From an uncultured Chloroflexia bacterium (GTDB lineage Bacteria; Chloroflexota; Limnocylindria; Limnocylindrales; CSP1-4), in contig CAVZSO010000003.1 in NCBI GenBank assembly GCA_963777975.1, positions 9,111 to 73,110 on the forward strand: DNA of 64,000 nucleotides, in the 5' to 3' direction. This document shows, in pieces, positions 9,237 through 19,688 of this stretch; the first letter of the stretch is position 1; each line of letters opens with the position of its first letter. A program made the translations under genes and the position numbers. The notes below the pieces were generated by a model. That model did not search any database, was not told the DNA's origin, and worked only from the letters and a program-made list of their open reading frames with translations.

Positions 9237-10775
9237 TCAGTCGGGCTGGTTGTCGATCTGCGCGCGCTGCAGATGGCCCGAGTAGTCCACGTAGATGGAC
9301 TTCCACTCGGTGAACGTGTCGAGGGCCGCATGACCGGCCTCGCGATGGCCGTTGCCGGTCCCCTTCCAGCCCCCGAAGGGCAGATGCGTCTCGGCGCCCG
9401 TGGTGCCGGCGTTGACGTAGACGATGCCCGTCTCCAGGTCGCGCATGGCCCGGAAGGCGGCGTTCACGTCGCGGGTGAAGATGCTCGCCGAGAGGCCGAA
9501 GCGCGTCTGGTTGGCGGCCATCAGCGCGGCGTCCATGTCCGGCACGCGGATGACCGACAGGACCGGCCCGAAGATCTCCTCCTGGGCCATGCGGTCCATA
9601 GGCGCGATGCCGTCGTAGATGGTCGGGGCGTAGAAGTGGCCGTGCTCGCAGCCTGGTCGGTCGGTGGCGAGTGCGCCGCCGATGAGCAGCCGGCCCTCTC
9701 GGGCACCGACCTCCGCATAGCGACCGACCTTGGCCAGTGCGCCTTCGTTGATGAGCGGGCCGACATCGGTCGTCGCTTCGAGGCCCGAGCCGAGGCGCAA
9801 GGTGCCGGCCCGATCGACCAGGCGCGTGGTCAGGTCGTCGGCGACCGACTCGTGGACGATGACCCGGCTGCAGGCCGTGCAGCGCTGACCGGTGGTGCCG
9901 AAGGCTGACCAGATGATGCCCTCGACGGCCAGGTCGAGGTCGGCGTCGGCCAGCACGATGACGCCGTTCTTGCCACCCAGCTCGAGGCTCAGCCGCTTCA
10001 GACGCCGCGCCGCGATGCCGGCGATGCGGGTGCCGGTCTCGCCGTTGCCGGTGAAGCTGATGACCGAGACGTCCGGACTCTCGACGATCGGCAGCCCGAC
10101 CTCTTCGCCTGTTCCGGTGACCAGGTTGACGGTGCCGGGCGGGAAACCCGCCTCATGCATCAACTCCACGAGGAGGACGACGCAGTGCGGGGTATCGGAG
10201 GCGGGCTTGATGACCACCGTGTTGCCGGTCACAAGGGCCGGCATCATCTTCCAGCAGGGGATGGCCATGGGGAAGTTCCAGGGCGTGATGATGCCGGCCA
10301 CGCCGATCGGCTGGCGGATGCTCATCGCCCACTTGTCGGGCAGCTCCGAGGGCACCGTGTCGCCGAACATCCGGCGGCCTTCGCCTGCCATGAGGAAGGC
10401 GATGTCGATGCCTTCCTGGACGTCGCCACGCGCTTCGGGCAGGACCTTGCCCATCTCGCGGGTCATGGCCCGGGCCAGTCGCTCCTTGTTGTCAGCCATC
10501 AGCGCACCGAAGCGGTAGAGGATCTCGCCACGCTTCGGCGCCGGCATCGCCCGCCAGGCCGGGAAGGCGGTCTCGGCCGCGCGGATGGCCATCGCCGCGT
10601 CGCGCGCGTCGGAGGCCGCGAAGGTGCCGATGAGGTCGCGCGTGTCGGCCGGGTTGCGGCTCTCGAACGTGCCGCCGGACTGGCTCGGGCGCCACTCCCC
10701 GCCGATGAAGTTGCCGAAGGTAGGCGTGGTGATCGCCGATACGGCGCCGGCGGCTCGGTCGAGGATGTCGCTCAT
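9237..10775 (-). CDS. NAD-dependent aldehyde dehydrogenase
   Basis: ITPWNFP, FTG, LELGGKN, GQRCTAC, EEIFGPV motifs; TAGAAT 7 nt upstream of the ATG. Confidence 0.95.
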   Translation of the reverse strand: MSDILDRAAGAVSAITTPTFGNFIGGEWRPSQSGGTFESRNPADTRDLIGTFAASDARDAAMAIRAAETAFPAWRAMPAPKRGEILYRFGALMADNKERLARAMTREMGKVLPEARGDVQEGIDIAFLMAGEGRRMFGDTVPSELPDKWAMSIRQPIGVAGIITPWNFPMAIPCWKMMPALVTGNTVVIKPASDTPHCVVLLVELMHEAGFPPGTVNLVTGTGEEVGLPIVESPDVSVISFTGNGETGTRIAGIAARRLKRLSLELGGKNGVIVLADADLDLAVEGIIWSAFGTTGQRCTACSRVIVHESVADDLTTRLVDRAGTLRLGSGLEATTDVGPLINEGALAKVGRYAEVGAREGRLLIGGALATDRPGCEHGHFYAPTIYDGIAPMDRMAQEEIFGPVLSVIRVPDMDAALMAANQTRFGLSASIFTRDVNAAFRAMRDLETGIVYVNAGTTGAETHLPFGGWKGTGNGHREAGHAALDTFTEWKSIYVDYSGHLQRAQIDNQPD

Positions 10776-10995
10776 GCCCGGCATTCTATGCGCGTCCGGC
10801 GCACGCAGCCGGAGGTCGGCCGCGCCCTGCGATCGATCTGACGAGCCCATGCCCCGGAGCGACAATGGCGACATGACCGAGGAGCGAGACTGCCGGCTCA
10901 TGACCGCGGTGCGAGCGGGCGACCGATGACCGACGCGCAGCCCAAGGCCGACACGCCGCGGTCGCGACAGCGCCATCGCCCGTCGGCTGCCTGGG

Positions 10996-12702
10996 TTGGC
11001 CACGGCTCGCTCATACGAGCGCGCATGGCTGGTCGGCGATCTGGTGGCCGGCCTCGTGCTGACGGCCGTGCTCGTGCCCGTCGGCATGGGCTATGCAGAG
11101 GCGTCCGGTCTGCCTGCCATCTACGGTCTCTACGCGACCATGATCCCGCTGGTCGCGTATGCCATCTTCGGCCCCAGCCGCATCCTCGTCCTCGGTCCCG
11201 ACTCATCGCTGGCCGCACTCATCGCGGCCACCATCCTGCCCCTCGCAGGCGGTGATACCGCCACCGCCGTCGCTCTGGCGGGCGGGCTGGCGGTGGTCGC
11301 CGGCCTCATGAGCCTGGGCGCGGGCCTGGCCAAGCTCGGCTTCATCACGGACCTGCTGTCGACGCCCATCCGGTACGGCTATCTGAACGGCATCGCGCTG
11401 ACGGTCCTCGTCGGGCAGCTGCCCAAGCTGTTCGGCTTCTCGACAGACGCCGACGGCCTGGTCGACGAGGTGCGGGCCTTCGTGCAGGGCGTGGCTGACG
11501 GCCTGACCAACCCCGTGGACCTGGCCATCGGGACGATCAGCATCGTCGTCATCCTGGGCTTCAAACGGTTCCTGCCGAAGGTACCCGGGGTCCTCATCGC
11601 GGTCGTGGCGACGACGGTCTTCGTGGCCGTCACCGGCGCGGTGTCGACGTGGAGCGTGGCGACGGTCGGTCCCCTGCCGCAGGGGCTGCCGCATCCAGCC
11701 CTGCCGGCGCTGCCGCTCGGCGACCTGGTGGTGATGATCACCGGTGGTGCCGCCATCGCGCTGGTCTCGATGGCCGACACGAGCGTCCTGTCGCGGATCC
11801 TGGCGGGACGCGCGGGCACGCGCCCTGATCCAAATCAGGAGCTGGTGGCGCTCGGCGCCGCCAACATCGCGACGGGATTCGTGCAGGGCTTTCCGATCAG
11901 CAGCAGCGGCTCGCGGACGCCCGTCGCCGAGCAGGCCGGGGCGCGGACCCAGCTGACCGGCATCGTTGGGGCAGCCGCCATCGCGGTCATGCTCGTCTTC
12001 GTCCCGGGCATCACCACGAACCTGCCGACCGCCGCCCTGGCGGCAGTGGTCATCACCGCCTGCCTGTCGCTGGTCGAGGTCCGCGGCCTCGTTCGGCTGT
12101 GGCGGATCCGGCCATCGGAGTTCCTGATCTCGATGATCTGCTTCCTGGGCGTGGCGGTCATCGGGGTCGTGCCCGGCATCTTCTTCTCGGTCGGGGTGGC
12201 CATCCTGGCTTTCCTCTGGCGGGCGTGGCGGCCGTACAGCGCGGTGCTCGGTCGCGTCGAGGGGATGAAGGGCTACCACGACACCGACCGGCATCCCGAA
12301 GCCCAACAGGTCCCGGGCCTCATCCTCTTCCGCTGGGACGCGCCGCTCTTCTTCGCCAATGCCGAGATGTTCAGGACGGCCGTCGAGGCGGCGATGGCCG
12401 AGTCGACGACGCCGGTCCGCTGGTTGGTGGTCGCTGCGGAGCCGGTGACCGACATCGACACGACGGCGGCCGACGTCGTCGACGCGCTCCAGGCCGAGCT
12501 CGAACGAGCCGGCGTCGAGTTCGCCTTCGCCGAGCTGAAAGGCCCGGTCAAGGACAGCCTGCGCCGTTACGGCCTCTTCGACCGCATCGACGAGCGGCGC
12601 TTCTACCCGACCGTGGGAGCCGCTGTCGACGCCTACCTCGAGGAGACTGGCGTCGAATTCGACGACTGGGAGGAACGCGCCTCAGTCGATGATCGTCGCT
12701 GA
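10996..12702 (+). CDS. SulP family anion transporter with STAS domain
   Basis: GDLVAGL...VPVGMGYA, GLYA, C-terminal STAS (FRWDAPLFFANAE, DIDTTAA); start uncertain. Confidence 0.93.
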   Translation: MATARSYERAWLVGDLVAGLVLTAVLVPVGMGYAEASGLPAIYGLYATMIPLVAYAIFGPSRILVLGPDSSLAALIAATILPLAGGDTATAVALAGGLAVVAGLMSLGAGLAKLGFITDLLSTPIRYGYLNGIALTVLVGQLPKLFGFSTDADGLVDEVRAFVQGVADGLTNPVDLAIGTISIVVILGFKRFLPKVPGVLIAVVATTVFVAVTGAVSTWSVATVGPLPQGLPHPALPALPLGDLVVMITGGAAIALVSMADTSVLSRILAGRAGTRPDPNQELVALGAANIATGFVQGFPISSSGSRTPVAEQAGARTQLTGIVGAAAIAVMLVFVPGITTNLPTAALAAVVITACLSLVEVRGLVRLWRIRPSEFLISMICFLGVAVIGVVPGIFFSVGVAILAFLWRAWRPYSAVLGRVEGMKGYHDTDRHPEAQQVPGLILFRWDAPLFFANAEMFRTAVEAAMAESTTPVRWLVVAAEPVTDIDTTAADVVDALQAELERAGVEFAFAELKGPVKDSLRRYGLFDRIDERRFYPTVGAAVDAYLEETGVEFDDWEERASVDDRR

Positions 12703-13981
12703 GGCCGGTCCGTCCAGGAAGTGCTCGCGTTGTCGCAGCGCTGAGAGCGGAACCAGCGCGACGCCCAGCAGCACGAAGCGTGGCGACGAACAGCCCGTCG
12801 ATACCACGCGCACTGGCGGCGAAACCACCGATCAACGAGCCGGTGATCTGGCCGATGGCCAGGAAGACGCTGTAGAGCCCCATGATCGCGCCGCGATCGG
12901 CAGGGAAGGCCTCGGAGATGTCCGCCAGCAGGCCGAGCGCGGCGGGCGTCGCTCCGGCCAGCACGAAGAGCCCGGCCGCTGCGCCGACGACGCACAGGAC
13001 CGCCAACCAGACGGCCACGCCGGCCAGGTGGTTGAGCGCCAGACCCGCGGCGACCATGCCGGCGCCGCCGAGGATGCCGTAGAGGATGATCGTCGTCCGG
13101 CGCATCGACTTGAAGCGATTGCCCCAGTAGATCAGGCCGGCGCCGAAGATGATGGCGATGACGATCGCGGCGACGGTGAATTCGAGCGTGTCGAAGCCAC
13201 GGTGCAGGAACTGGTCGGGAAACCTCGGATCGGTCCGCGCGAACTGGAAGATCGACTGGCTGAACCACAGCCCGATGGCGGCGTTGACCGCGATCCAGGT
13301 CGGAGCCAGGAGCATGACGTGGCTGCTGCGGACCAGGTCGCCGTAGCGTCGCCAGCCGGGGTGAGGCTCGGCCAGCAACTCCGGTTCGCCGCGCGGATCG
13401 GCGACCCCGTAACGGTAGATCAGGAACGACAAGCCGTAGATGCCGGCATTGACGAGGAACGCCACCACGCCGAGGGCGTCCCACATCGGTCGAGCGACGA
13501 TGATGCCGACGCCCAGGCCTGCCAGGGTCGCGGCCTCGAAGCGAGCCGACGACTTGCCTCGGAGGTCTTCGTCGCCGGCAGTGACGAGCGCGATGTAGCC
13601 GAGGATCGAGGGCACCGATGAGGCGGTCGAGGCGCCCTCGAGCGCGCGAGTGGCGGCGACCACGAGCAGGAAGACCAGGCTGGCCCCGACGAGGTTCGTG
13701 GCGTAGGCCGTGAGCACGACGGCGACGGCGCCGAAGATCGGGCCGTACTGCATCACCCGGTGATGGCCGATGCGATCGGAGAGCAACCCGAAGAGGGGCG
13801 ACAGGACCATCTCGGCGAGATAGAAGGTCGCCGCCAGGACGCCGATGGTGATGGGCCCGACTCCGGCCACCGAGCGATCCGCCAGGCTGGCCAGGTAGAC
13901 GCCCAGCAGCGCACCCGTCAGGCCGGTGCTGAAACGGAGCGTGAAGGTGCCGAGCAGCACTGCCCACAGGGAGCGATCCAC
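12689..13981 (-). CDS. MFS transporter (frameshift near 12780)
   Basis: GLLSDRIGHHRVM motif A, 12 TM pattern, DRGAIMGLYSVF; GTG start 6 nt after TACCCT. Confidence 0.88.
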
Positions 13982-14022
13982 CGATGCAGGGTACCGGGTC
14001 GACCGGCGGCTATGCTCCCCGG

Positions 14023-15022
14023 ATGCCCGACGACCCGACTCGACCGCCCGACGAGGTCAAGGACCTCGCGCATGCCCGCTCGGAGGCTCGCGCGGCCCGC
14101 GACTTCGCGACGGCGGACCGCCTCCGGGCAGCGATCGAGGCCGCCGGCTGGAAGGTGGTCGATCGGGGCGTCGACTCGAGCCTCGAGCCCGCGCATCCGC
14201 CAGATCGCACCGATGGTGCCCGCGTGCGCTATGGCTCCAGTGCCTCGGTGCCGTCACGGCTCGACGAGCCGCCCACGCGAGTCGCCAGCGTCATGCTGCT
14301 GGCCACGGACTGGCCCACCGACCTGGCTCGCGCGCTGGCCGGACTGCGGACGCACGTGCCGCCGGGGACCGAAGTCGTCATCGTGGCCGACGACCCGTCG
14401 AGGGAACAGGTCGAAGCCCTCGACGCGATGGAGCCGCTCGACGGGCAGGAGCCGGTCAGTGGATCGAGCGGAGGCCCGGAGATCGTCTGGACGAGTGCAC
14501 GCCTGGGCACTGCTGCAGCCCTCGACTGCGGCATCCGCCGCGCGCGTGGCGAGGTCGTCGTCCTGTTCGACACGAGCCTCGAGCCGACCGGCGACTTCGT
14601 CAGCCCCATGGTCGCGGTGCTCGAGGATCGCGAGCGTGGCCGTCGCCGGCGGCTGGGGCATCGTCTCCGATGACCTGCGCACGTTTCGCGATGCGCCGCC
14701 CGGTGAGGTGGATGCGATCGAGGGCTATTGCCTGGCATTCCGGCGAGCGGACTTCGTGGCTCGCGGCCCGCTCGACGAACGCTTCCGCTTCTACCGCAAC
14801 CTGGACATCTGGTGGAGCCTGGTCCTGCGCGATGAAGGCGAGGCGGCTGTCCCTCGCCGGGCAGTGCGGACGCAGCCGCTGCCGCTCGAGCGCCACGAGC
14901 ATCGCGGATACGCCAGCCTCCCGCCCGCCGAACGTGATCGGCTGAGCAAGCGCAACTTCTACCGCATCATCGACCGCTTCGGATCGCGACGCGACCTGCT
15001 GGTCGCGAACCGGGTCGTCTAG
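14023..15022 (+). CDS. GT2-family glycosyltransferase with an N-terminal CysRS C-terminal (anticodon-binding)-like domain; frameshift near 14630
   Basis: N-term ARSEARAARDFATADRLRAAIEAAGWKVVD matches the CysRS tail pattern; then VVIVADD, VVVLFDTS, IEGYCLAFRR, LDERFRFYRNLDIWWSL (GT-A fold). Confidence 0.8.
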
Positions 15023-16324
15023 CTCAGGTCCTCGCCGAAGCGCGCATCCGGCCGCGCGTCGGGTCCGCGGCCGCCGCATCTGCCGGGCACAGGCGTCGCC
15101 GACGCGGCCCCGGGCGAGGGCGATCGCCGTGCGGTGCCGACCAGGGTGCCGACGCCGATGACCGCCACCAGGGCGAAGATGGCGGCGACCTGGAGCAGGA
15201 TGCTGCGCGAGCTGGTCGTCGGCGGCGCTTGGCCAGGACGGGTGAATGAGCTGGCCAGGGTCGGCACGCGCGGCGGGATGGTCAGCCCGATCCACGCGCC
15301 CGCAAGCAGACCTCCGATGTGAGCGAAGTTGTCGATACCGACGCCGCCGCCGGCCAGGCCGAAGCCGATGACGAGGTTGATGACGATGAGCGCGCCGATC
15401 TGTGTCGCGATCGAGCGCGCCTGGCGATCCATGAGCGGATGGTGGATGCGCTGCGCGACGAAGAGGATGCCGAAGAGGCCGAAGATGGCCCCGCTGGCGC
15501 CGACGGCGTCGTTCGGCGTGATGACGTAGCTCAGCGTCGAGGCTGCCGCCGCGGTCAGCAGGTAGAAGAGGAGGAAGCGGACGGAGCCGTAGAGGCGCTC
15601 CACGATCGGCCCGACGAGGTAGAGCGCGTACATGTTGGAGAGCAGATGGATCGGGGACCCGCTGTCGTGCACGAGGACGACCGTCAGCGAGGCGATGGAG
15701 CTGGCCCTGCGCCACGAGGTCCTTCTGGAGCCCGAACAGCCCGAACCAGAGCGCCGCCGCCTGCTGATCGAGGAGCGCGCTGACGCCGATGCCCACCGTG
15801 ATGGCCAGGATGGTGTAGGTGACGTACGGGATGGGCGCCACACCGCTCCGCGAGCGACCGAAGGCGCGCGATGCCGCGCGCTGGTTGCCCTGCTCTTTCT
15901 GCAGCCAGCCGATGCGTGAGGCGATCTCTGCGCGTTCGGCCTGTGGCGCTCGTGAATCGGCCTGCTGATAGGCGCCCAGGGCACCCTTCAGGTCGTCGCG
16001 GCGAACCAGCTCGGCGGCCAGCCGCTTCCAGGCCAGCCAGGTGAGTGGCGTCTCGGGCGCCGCGACCGCCTGCCGCCAGGCATCGAGGGCCTGGTTCGCG
16101 TCGTCCAGCCGGTAGAAGCACTCGGCCAGGCCGAGCAGGCCGGCGACGTGGATCTCGGCGTCAGGATTGCCGACGCAACGGTAGTAGACGCCGAGCGCGG
16201 TCGAGTAGTCGCTCGCCTCCGCCAGCGCCTCGGCCTGTGCCAGCACGGCGAGCGCGGTCGGCCGATCGAGCGGGCCGGGTCGGTTGGGGTCGGCGCCGGA
16301 GCGCCCGGTGGTCGGGTCGGACAA
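15019..16324 (-). CDS. Rhomboid intramembrane serine protease with N-terminal TPR repeats (frameshift near 15690)
   Basis: TPR-like helices (GLLGLAECFYRLDD, GALGAYQQAD), then HLLSNMYALY, catalytic GASGAIFG and HIGGLLAG. Confidence 0.9.
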
Positions 16325-16468
16325 CGTGCGGGGATGCTAGCAGCCGACGGCCGAGGAGGATGCCGGACGGATGGGCCATCGGGGTGGTACCAGGGAGCTG
16401 TGGCGCGCCCGGCCGCGACATCGGCGTCATGATGCCCAGACATCAAGCCACCGCTGGAGGGGAACGAC

Positions 16469-17397
16469 ATGGACGGCACTGCGCAGATCATCCTCGACGC
16501 CATCGTGCTGGTGGCGCTGATCGGCGCCATCGTCAGCGTCGTTCGGAGTAACAACGCTGCCGTCCGCAAGATGGGCGCCGTGGCCAGCGTGCTCCTCATC
16601 CTCGGGCTGGCGGCCCTGCTCAGCGCCGTCATCGTCTCCGCCGGCTCGGTCGGGGTCGTCACGGCCTTCGGCCAGGTCCAGCCCGAGACCCTGCCACCGG
16701 GCCTGCATTTCCGCCTGCCCTTCGTGAACGTCGTCCACCAGATCACGACCCGGGTCCAACCCCACCCGTTCGATGAGATCGACGCCGCCAGCTCCGAGTA
16801 TCAGCAGGTCAAATTGACGGGCGTCATGAACTACCACATCGACGGGCAGTTCGCCTCGGACCTCTATCAGCGGGTCGGCGACGACTTCGCGCCGAAGATC
16901 CTCGACCCCGCCTTCAACGACTACATCAAGACGGTCGTGCCCAAGTATCGGTGACCGAGATCCTCGGCAAGCGAGACGAGATCCGGCAGCGGGCAAAAGA
17001 GGACCTGCAGGCCAACCTCGCTCAGTACCACATCATCATCGACGACATCTACCTGGCCAACATCGCCTTCAGCCCCGAATACACGGCGGCCATCGAAGCC
17101 AAGCAGGTCGCTCAGCAACAGGTCCAGACGGAGAACCAGGTCCTCGCTCAGAAGCAGGTCCAGGCTCAGCAGGCCGTCGCAGTGGCGCATGGCGCGGCCC
17201 AGGCGATCGTCGAGACGGCGCGAGGTCAGTCAGAGGCCAATGACCTGCTCACCAAGTCGCTGACACCCGACCTCATCCAATACACGCTCATCCAGAAGCT
17301 TTCCCCGAGCATCCAGACGATCATCCTGCCGTCCGGCCAGCAGTTCATCCTCGACCCGAAGAGCCTCGTGGGACCCCAGGCGTCACCGCAACCGTAG
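16469..17397 (+). CDS. SPFH/prohibitin (band 7) family protein, frameshift near 16950
   Basis: GSVGVVTAFGQV, PGLHFRLPF, FSPEYTAAIEAKQVAQQ, ARGQSEAN; SD GGAGG. Confidence 0.92.
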
Positions 17398-17398
17398 A

Positions 17399-17456
17399 GC
17401 GAGGCTGATCACAGTCGAGCCGCGGCGGCGAGGCTGATCACAGTCGAGCCGCGGCG
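17399..17456. repeat. Perfect 29-bp tandem duplication
   Basis: GCGAGGCTGATCACAGTCGAGCCGCGGCG x2 immediately after the SPFH stop codon. Confidence 0.9.
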
Positions 17457-17570
17457 GAGCGCGTGCGCGAGCGGTCGTAGGTGCTTCCCCCGATGGTGTC
17501 ACCCGCCCGCAAGGCGGAAACGGCGCAGCGTCACGCCGGTGGCACATCCAGGGGTGTCCCATGAACGCGC

Positions 17571-17850
17571 ATGACTCGCCTTCCGCCCGGCGACGTGCGG
17601 CCCGCGACATGGGTCACGTCGCTCGTCGAGCTCACCATCATGCTCGTGCTGTCGACGGCCGTGGCCGGCATCGCTGCCGAGTACGCCATCGCCACCGTCC
17701 GCCCACACGGATCGCCCCCGCGGCCCGAGGCAGCGGTAGCCTGCAATGGGACGTGCCCGCCCGCTGTCACGTGGGTCGCATCCGCGCACAGCGCTCCCCT
17801 CCCGGATAGCCGCGACGGCCCCGCGTCCGTTCGATGTGCCGTTCCAGCCC
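17571..17850 (+). CDS. Possible small single-TM protein; end uncertain
   Basis: High-GC3 codons and a TM stretch (SLVELTIMLVLSTAVAGIAAEYAIA) up to about 17830. Confidence 0.35.
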
Positions 17851-17856
17851 CGCGGC

Positions 17857-18240
17857 ATGAGCGACCGGAGACGCGTCGCGATCGCGTCCATGCTCGTGCC
17901 CGTGGCCCGGACACCGCTCGCCAACGAGGCTCGACCGGAGAGACAGTCCGCACCGACGACGAGACGCACGCACCACGTCCTCTCCGGCGTGGCCACCTGG
18001 CATGCGACCGGCCGCGACGGCGCCTATGCAGCGGCCGGACCGCTCCTGCGGGAGGCGCTCGGGCGCGGCTGGCGAGGGACGCAGGTCCGGGTCTGCTCGG
18101 GGGGACGCTGCATCCGCGTGACCCTGAACGATGTCTGCTGGTGCCCCAAGGGACGGCGGCTCATCGATCTCAGCGACGAGGCGTTCGCCCGGCTAGCGTC
18201 GTTGAGCCGCGGCGTCATCGTCATCGAGATTTGCCGCTAG
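17857..18240 (+). CDS. RlpA-like double-psi beta-barrel protein
   Basis: GVATWH...AAAGP...VRVC...CIRVTLNDVC...RLIDLSDEAFARLASLSRGVI pattern. Confidence 0.7.
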   Translation: MSDRRRVAIASMLVPVARTPLANEARPERQSAPTTRRTHHVLSGVATWHATGRDGAYAAAGPLLREALGRGWRGTQVRVCSGGRCIRVTLNDVCWCPKGRRLIDLSDEAFARLASLSRGVIVIEICR

Positions 18241-18286
18241 TGCGACCGACGACGGAGTCGGCGTGCCCGGCGGCGCCTGGCCGTCG

Positions 18287-18730
18287 TCAGGCCTTCGACG
18301 CTTCAGCCCCGAGTTCGGCGATCTGTGCCCGGGCTGCCGCCACGAGCTCCGCGTTCGTGCTGGCGTGCCCGCGCAGACCCCAGCCCCCTTCGGGCGCTTC
18401 GGTGAGGAGGACCCATGTCCGGTCGGCGAGCGATGGATCGCCCGCTGCGTCGGCCACGATCGAGGTGAGCTGGGCGACGACCGCGAGCTGCTTGTCGCGG
18501 TCGAGTGCGCCGGCGTTCGTGAGGATCTGGACCCGGACGTAGGAGCTGTCGCCGTTCACGTTCGAGATCGCAGTGGCGGGCAGTTCGTGGACGAACGCGG
18601 CGGTGTTGTCGCGGAACATCGGGATGTCGGGCACGCGCTCGACGGTCATGACGGCCGTGGCGAGGTCGCGGGCCAGGGTGTGCGTGTCGTCAAAGGTGCC
18701 CGCTGCGGCGTAGACGTCGATCATCGGCAT
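18287..18730 (-). CDS. Tautomerase (4-oxalocrotonate tautomerase superfamily)
   Basis: N-terminal Pro (MPMIDV), double beta-alpha-beta, RTWVLLTEAPEGGWG. Confidence 0.85.
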   Translation of the reverse strand: MPMIDVYAAAGTFDDTHTLARDLATAVMTVERVPDIPMFRDNTAAFVHELPATAISNVNGDSSYVRVQILTNAGALDRDKQLAVVAQLTSIVADAAGDPSLADRTWVLLTEAPEGGWGLRGHASTNAELVAAARAQIAELGAEASKA

Positions 18731-18802
18731 GTGTCAGGCTCCGTCCTCGATCGCCCAGCGAAGCTTCTTCGCCTCGCTGGATCGTGATGGATCGGGCGCC
18801 AC

Positions 18803-18845
18803 GATGACGCCCGTCATCCAGATATGCAGGATGACGACCATCATC
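18803..18845. promoter_or_regulatory. Two TetR-type operator palindromes
   Basis: GATGACG-cc-CGTCATC (18803-18818) and GATGA-cgacca-TCATC (18830-18845) between the divergent tautomerase and TetR genes. Confidence 0.7.
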
Positions 18846-18879
18846 TACCCTGTCAACACGCAGGTAGAAGGTAGGGCGC

Positions 18880-19452
18880 ATGGGCCATTCGCGAGCGAAC
18901 AAACGCGAGCACCACGACCAGATCGTCGGCGTCGCTGCGTCGCGCTTCCGCGAGGACGGGGTCGACAGGGTGGGCGTCGCCGAACTGATGCACGACGCCG
19001 GGCTGACGCATGGCGGCTTCTACCGGCACTTCGCGTCGCGGGACGAACTGGTGGCGGAGGCCGTCGAACGCGCGCTCCACGACGGCGGACAGGCGATGGC
19101 AGCCGTCGCCGAGTCGCCGCAGGATCCGCTTGCGGCCGTCATCGATGCGTACCTGAGCACGAGCCACCGCGACAACCTCGGGACCAGCTGCGCCGTCACG
19201 ACACTCGCGAGTGACGTTGCACGGAGCAGTCCGCGAGCCCGGGCCGCGTACACCAGGCAGGTCGGCATCTACATCGACATGCTGGTGGGGCTGCTCCCGC
19301 CAGAGTCCGACGTTCCACGCCGTGCATCGGCTATCGCCGCCCTGTCCACGCTCGTCGGCGCGGTGTCGATGGCGCGAGCCGTCGACGATGAGGTGCTCTC
19401 GCGGGAGATCCTGGCCGCGGCCGCGACGCAGCTGAAGGCGCAGCTTCGTTGA
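18880..19452 (+). CDS. TetR/AcrR family transcriptional regulator
   Basis: FREDGVDRVGVAELMHDAGLTHGGFYRHFASRDELV HTH. Confidence 0.95.
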   Translation: MGHSRANKREHHDQIVGVAASRFREDGVDRVGVAELMHDAGLTHGGFYRHFASRDELVAEAVERALHDGGQAMAAVAESPQDPLAAVIDAYLSTSHRDNLGTSCAVTTLASDVARSSPRARAAYTRQVGIYIDMLVGLLPPESDVPRRASAIAALSTLVGAVSMARAVDDEVLSREILAAAATQLKAQLR

Positions 19453-19688
19453 AGCTCGATCGATGCGCGCGACGGCAACCTACGGCATACCAGTAACCTG
19501 CGAAAGCGACCCACTGAGCAGGGTGCGCTGCCGGTACCACTACGATGGAGTGCGCATGACCGGGTCCGCTGCTCGCCGGCCAGCATCGGCTGGGCCGCGC
19601 AGCTCGCGTTACCGGAAACGGTTCAGGCGCCCGGCAGACCTCGGGCGCGCAGGGACGACAACCGTCGGCGCGAGGGAATGACAACCTG

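Noticed and set aside
17399-17456. Possible mini-CRISPR
   Set aside because: Two adjacent copies with no spacer and no cas genes; no CRISPR array anywhere in the window.
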